A DNA stretch of 63,623 nt, filler included, from Folioceros fuciformis (lineage: Eukaryota), in the NCBI GenBank assembly GCA_049999805.1. It is 7 parts of 7 records of this genome, joined end to end, with 100 filler letters (N's around TTAATTAATTAA, not from the genome) between each part and the next. Parts side by side here need not be neighbours in the genome. Positions count along the whole stretch, not along the records: positions 54,543 to 61,028 come from JBNGIO010006153.1; positions 61,129 to 63,623 come from JBNGIO010006159.1; 5 more parts are not named here. One strand, 5' to 3'. The stretch's first letter is position 1. Every line of letters begins with the position of its first letter. The notes below the pieces were generated by a model. The model ran no database searches and was not told the origin of the DNA. It saw only the letters and a program-made list of their open reading frames with translations. Below, one piece after another: positions 59,555-63,623 of the stretch. The translations under genes were made by a program, and so were the position numbers.

Positions 59555-61028
59555 GGCATTATGTGAACATCTTCCAGGAACTGATCCTCTGTCAACGTCA
59601 ACGAACCGATGTACTCCACCACTAAAGGCCGGCTTGGGGCTGGAGTCTCCATCCTGGAGGGCCCTCTTTCGGACAAGCCGTATCGTAGACATGACTCGGT
59701 CGTACTGACAGTACGGTTGCTCTCTTCTGGACAAGCCGTATCCTGTACTCGATGGTGCTGACAGTACGGTTGCTTGTTTTAACATCAAGCATCCACTGCA
59801 AGCTGGACTGGATGTGCGTAATTGGAGACTGACAAGTCTTTGCTGTCCAACGACGTCCGTGGGTGGACCGGTATAGACCTCGGTTCTGGTCCCGGTCCAA
59901 GACTTGTGGGGACCGGGTCGACAAGTGTAAAAATGATTTTCCGAAGACTGTTCGCCAAACAGTCCTCGGAAATTGATCCCTTTCATTCCCAGCCTACCGA
60001 ACAGTGTTCGGGAGGCTTCGGCACCGGGAATCAAACGGACGAGTGTACACCTGTCCACATCCTCCCAAATGGAAACTGGCCAGTGTTCATCAGTTGCTCC
60101 TTAAGTGTTCATGGGGCGGCTGTTTGATAGCAGACGATGGGACTATCTGGTCTTGGGGCTACAATGCTTGTATCCGGTGGCTGTTGATTTTTTTGGCTTC
60201 CGTGCTATGTACATGCTTGGTTGCTTCTGCCGGAGATCTGCTATTTGCAACTGAGGTCATGCACTGACAATTTTGGCCTGAGGTACTTGTCAACTGTGAC
60301 AATTTTGGCGCGAGGTACTTGTCAAGTTCCTTGACAGGTGCACACATGGTCAGCTGGGTCGGGACGGACAAACCTCGAAACTGTTAGAAAACAGGAAATC
60401 CCAAGCTCAGTCCTTGGACAAGTTCATTCAGAGCAGGTAGTCCTTACACACTTATGTAGACTTAGGTCTATTCGCTGTCTCCCTGGAAAGATAATTCATC
60501 TCGAGGCAACCTATAATATGCCTCTAATACAAACTAGATGTGTTGCTCGAACCCTACAGGCTTCTAACGCAAACCCATACCACGCAGAGGTTTTTGAGAA
60601 GGGGCATGGTCGGCACAAGTGATGATCCAGAGGAGAATCAGGTCTCTGATGAGAGGAAATGTGACACCAGTGCTGTGAAGGTGCGCCGGCCCTTGCGAGC
60701 CCTTCTCCCACGCTCCGAGCATTTGTATGCGTGACAGTTCTGACAGGTATCCTGTAATCAGGCAGGCTGTGGCCATTGACGCTGGTGGCATGATGTCATG
60801 TGCTATTGACGCGAATGGTCCCCTATCACCGGATCTGGATGCTCAAGGACAGCTGTGTTGCTCAGTCTTTGCGCACCCTGACACTGGTGCGAGGGCCGGG
60901 ATATCACACATAGGTTTCCAACGTCGCTTGTGGCAACGAGCACGTACTGGCTCTGGTACGGCCAACGGCAGGGGCAAGCGATGCATGGTATGCATGGGGA
61001 AGTAACAAGCACGGTCAGGTAGGGCAGG
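59555..61028 (+). repeat. 1474-bp direct terminal repeat, copy 2
   Basis: Matches 54543-56016. Confidence 0.97.
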
Positions 61029-61128
61029 NNNNNNNNNNNNNNNNNNNNNNNNNNNNNNNNNNNNNNNNNNNNTTAATTAATTAANNNNNNNNNNNNNNNN
61101 NNNNNNNNNNNNNNNNNNNNNNNNNNNN

Positions 61129-62771
61129 GCAGGTGCATTAGGGAAAGGTGATTCTTTCTGCTTAGCTAATATGCATGACTCGCATAGAGGTAAGTTTTTG
61201 AAACATTTGGGCAGGGGTTCTCTATGGCATTCAGTTATAGACATATCTATCAATTTTCGTCTATTCACGTGACCTAATCTCGCATGCCACAAGACTGCTA
61301 CCTGCTCAAGTCTAAGTGAGGATACACCAGTGGAATGTACAGCATGCTGACCGGCTGTATGTTGTGAACAGGTTATGTCCAAGCGGTAAAGGGAATTGTC
61401 AAGAATCCCCTTAAAGACACATCTACTAGGAGATGTACTTCTATAGAATAAGCAGTGCTTAGAATCTGCATACATGGTGAAGGTACATAAACGCATGAGC
61501 TGACTCATGGACATGAGATTTTTAGCCATGCTGGGTACGAAGAGAACATCTTCGAGTGTGAGGTCTGTGTTATCTTTCAATTTGAAAACACACGTGCCTC
61601 TGCCTTCAATATGCAGACTAGTCCTAGACTGCTCATCACCAAGGAGGACCTTTTCATGGACATGAACAAGGCTGAGGGAAGTGAACAACTCCCTCTTTTT
61701 GCAGATGTGCGTGGTAGCCCCGGAGTCGAGGAACCAGCTCTCATCATCATGTGTCGAACTTGACAAGCATATGGTGAGAATTTTCACTGGTGCCTTTTCG
61801 ACAGGTTTGTCCTTCACTGCAACACTTGCAGCAGGTTTAGCCTGCTTCTGGGGCTCACCAGCTTTGCGTTTTCGGCACTCGCGTGCCCAATGGCCAGGTA
61901 TGCCACACCAATTGCATGTGCCTGGTCGTTTTGAGCTTGAGGGTTCAGGCCTGTCCTTGGTTTGTGCTGAATTTCCCCCTCTGAATTTGCCCTTTCCTTT
62001 GGGGCGAAAATTCACAGCTAATGCCCTTTCGGCTTTGGATTGTTTGTGTAAGCCTGCCGAAGTCAAGCGGGTTTGCTCCTCTTGGTAGAGGGCTCCGATT
62101 ACGTCTTCCATGGTGATGGCTGCAGCCTGTGTCCCTCCTGCAGCAGCTGCTGCAACAGGGCCATTCTGGTAACTGGTGACAAAAGATTGGTAAGAGGGTG
62201 GCAGGCTCGTGAGCAGCTGGGAGACAGCCTCAGACTCCGTCATCTGTGTTTTCGTGATGGACTGAATCTGAGCTCGAAGATGACGAAATTTGCTGGTATG
62301 TGCAGCCATTTTGTCACCTTCTTTCATCCGCAATGTGTAGAACTCCATACGGACAGCGGACAATGTTGCCATTGTGGTTGTGTGGTAGGTCTTTTCAAGC
62401 TGATTCCAAATTTCTTCAGCCAATGTGAGGAATTCAACGTTGGGAATCAAAACTGCATCAAGCCCATTAACAATGACTGCCATAGCCACTCCATTATTAT
62501 GCTCCCACTTAGCATACTCATCAGGTTTGGCTACTGGGTCAGGTTTCTTAAAAGTACCATCGACACTTGACCAGACACCACGTGCTGTGAGGATGGTTTT
62601 CATCCGTACTCGCCAGACAGAGTAACCAGTACCTCTAAACCTATCCTTGTCCTTGACATCTGAACTAAAGGAAAGTGACTGTTGTGTTGCCATGTTTCTG
62701 ATAGGTGCAGGCTGCAAACTAAGGTTGCTAAAGCTATTGATTAGCGCATTCAGCTGTGAGGTTGTGGTCAT
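61129..62771 (-). CDS. Ty1/copia gag-pol (gag, zinc knuckle, protease, GAG-pre-integrase), intact to contig end
   Basis: YSVWRVRMKTIL, LLTSLPPSY, CNWCGIPGHWAREC, WFLDSGATTH, LFVPSMAKNL, LWHARLGH, CESCILAKQ. Confidence 0.95.
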
Positions 62772-63118
62772 AAGGCACCTATGAGCATCAAAAACTATGG
62801 TTTTCAAAAAAAATGCTGGACCCTGCTCATGCTGAGCTCCTCAGCATACCACTCATGTTTGCCGTGAACAGTCTCATGAAACCCTAAAAAATTAAAAAAC
62901 GTTTCATGTTCAAAAGGCATGGACAACGCTTCATGTTCACAAACCCTAACTGCCCTTAACTGCCGTGTCATGGTGGTGTGAAATGACAGGTTAGCTGCAC
63001 CAATCAAAAGAGCTACATGCGAGAATCTGCAGGGGATGCAAGGAAAGAGGCACCGCTTCAAATCTGGGCAGGGTTGGACCCTGCCACTCTCGCTCCGCTC
63101 CTGGGCAGCGGAAGTAGG

Positions 63119-63442
63119 TCATAAGGTGATGCAATCAGGCCCTGAATGGGGGCATCCTGATTCAAGATCCTTCAACTTTGTATTCATCTGCTTCAGGAAA
63201 TCAGCTACATCATCGATGTCTCTCTCAATTTCCAGCGTACAGTTAGAAATTTCTCTCTCTTTTGCAGAATCCTGACTCGGAACTCTGCTCTTGAGCAACT
63301 CCTGGTTTTCAATGGTGTGTAGCAACAGTTGTTCTACTCTGGCAAGGAGATGCTCTTTGCATGCATCAACAAATTGCCTCCTTGGTCCAGTACAATTGCC
63401 ACAACTGCTGGTATTCACAGATTGTGCTGCAAAACGTTGCAC
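63119..63442 (-). CDS. Extra ORF upstream of gag in second copia element, predicted coiled coil
   Basis: 107 codons, sense to gag, with EIERDIDDVADFLKQMNTKLKDLE. The ORF-track start is not ATG and the true start is uncertain. Confidence 0.4.
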   Translation of the reverse strand: MQRFAAQSVNTSSCGNCTGPRRQFVDACKEHLLARVEQLLLHTIENQELLKSRVPSQDSAKEREISNCTLEIERDIDDVADFLKQMNTKLKDLESGCPHSGPDCITL

Positions 63443-63623
63443 CCCAGTAGGTATAGCCTCCCGTCTATGATTTGTGTGGTCAAGGTGAGGCCTAAAAAGG
63501 AAATCTGGTGGAGCAGATGCTTCTGGCCTTGGGACAAAGAATAGATCGGGGTTTTGTCCTCTCCTAAAACAGCGTTGTCGATAAAGGCGATCAACCTCTC
63601 GATTCCTGTTTAAGGGATGCGTT

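Noticed and set aside
13648-61128. Recurrent TTAATTAATTAA palindrome, and gene neighbourhoods across it
   Set aside because: Always centred in 44+44 Ns, so it is an artificial concatenation linker. Adjacency across it has no biological meaning.

Overview
This window is eukaryotic, not prokaryotic. It is seven land-plant nuclear contigs joined by artificial 100-bp linkers (N44-TTAATTAATTAA-N44), so genes on either side of a linker are not real neighbours. Short GT-AG introns, PLS-class PPR motifs and the LTR retroelements suggest a seed-free plant such as a hornwort or fern (inference). Contig A (1-13647) holds the 5' end of an At5g39570/PLDrp1-like gene, a decayed Tat-like Ty3/gypsy element interrupted by a complete-ended Ty1/copia element (196-bp LTRs, GGATC target duplication, extra ORFs, its own nested insertion), and hAT transposase remnants. 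Contig B (13748-22324) is a terminally redundant ~7.2-kb unit with an orphan coiled-coil ORF, a frameshifted PPR gene and a short-repeat array. Contig C (22425-34287) holds the two best findings: a membrane-anchored PMEI-RRL-Kazal fusion gene, and a nuclear gene with spliceosomal introns encoding a maturase that looks like mitochondrial MatR rather than nMAT1-4. Contig D (34388-48787) holds PCH1-like, IQM and SGNH/PC-esterase-like genes plus old local duplications. Contig E (48888-54442) holds an isolated SNF2 exon and inverted heptad-repeat units. Contig F (54543-61028) is a terminally redundant 5012-bp unit with disrupted RCC1-repeat and PGG-domain genes. Contig G (61129-63623) holds the 5' part of a second copia element, again with an extra upstream ORF. 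Family assignments come from motifs recognised from memory; no database search was run.
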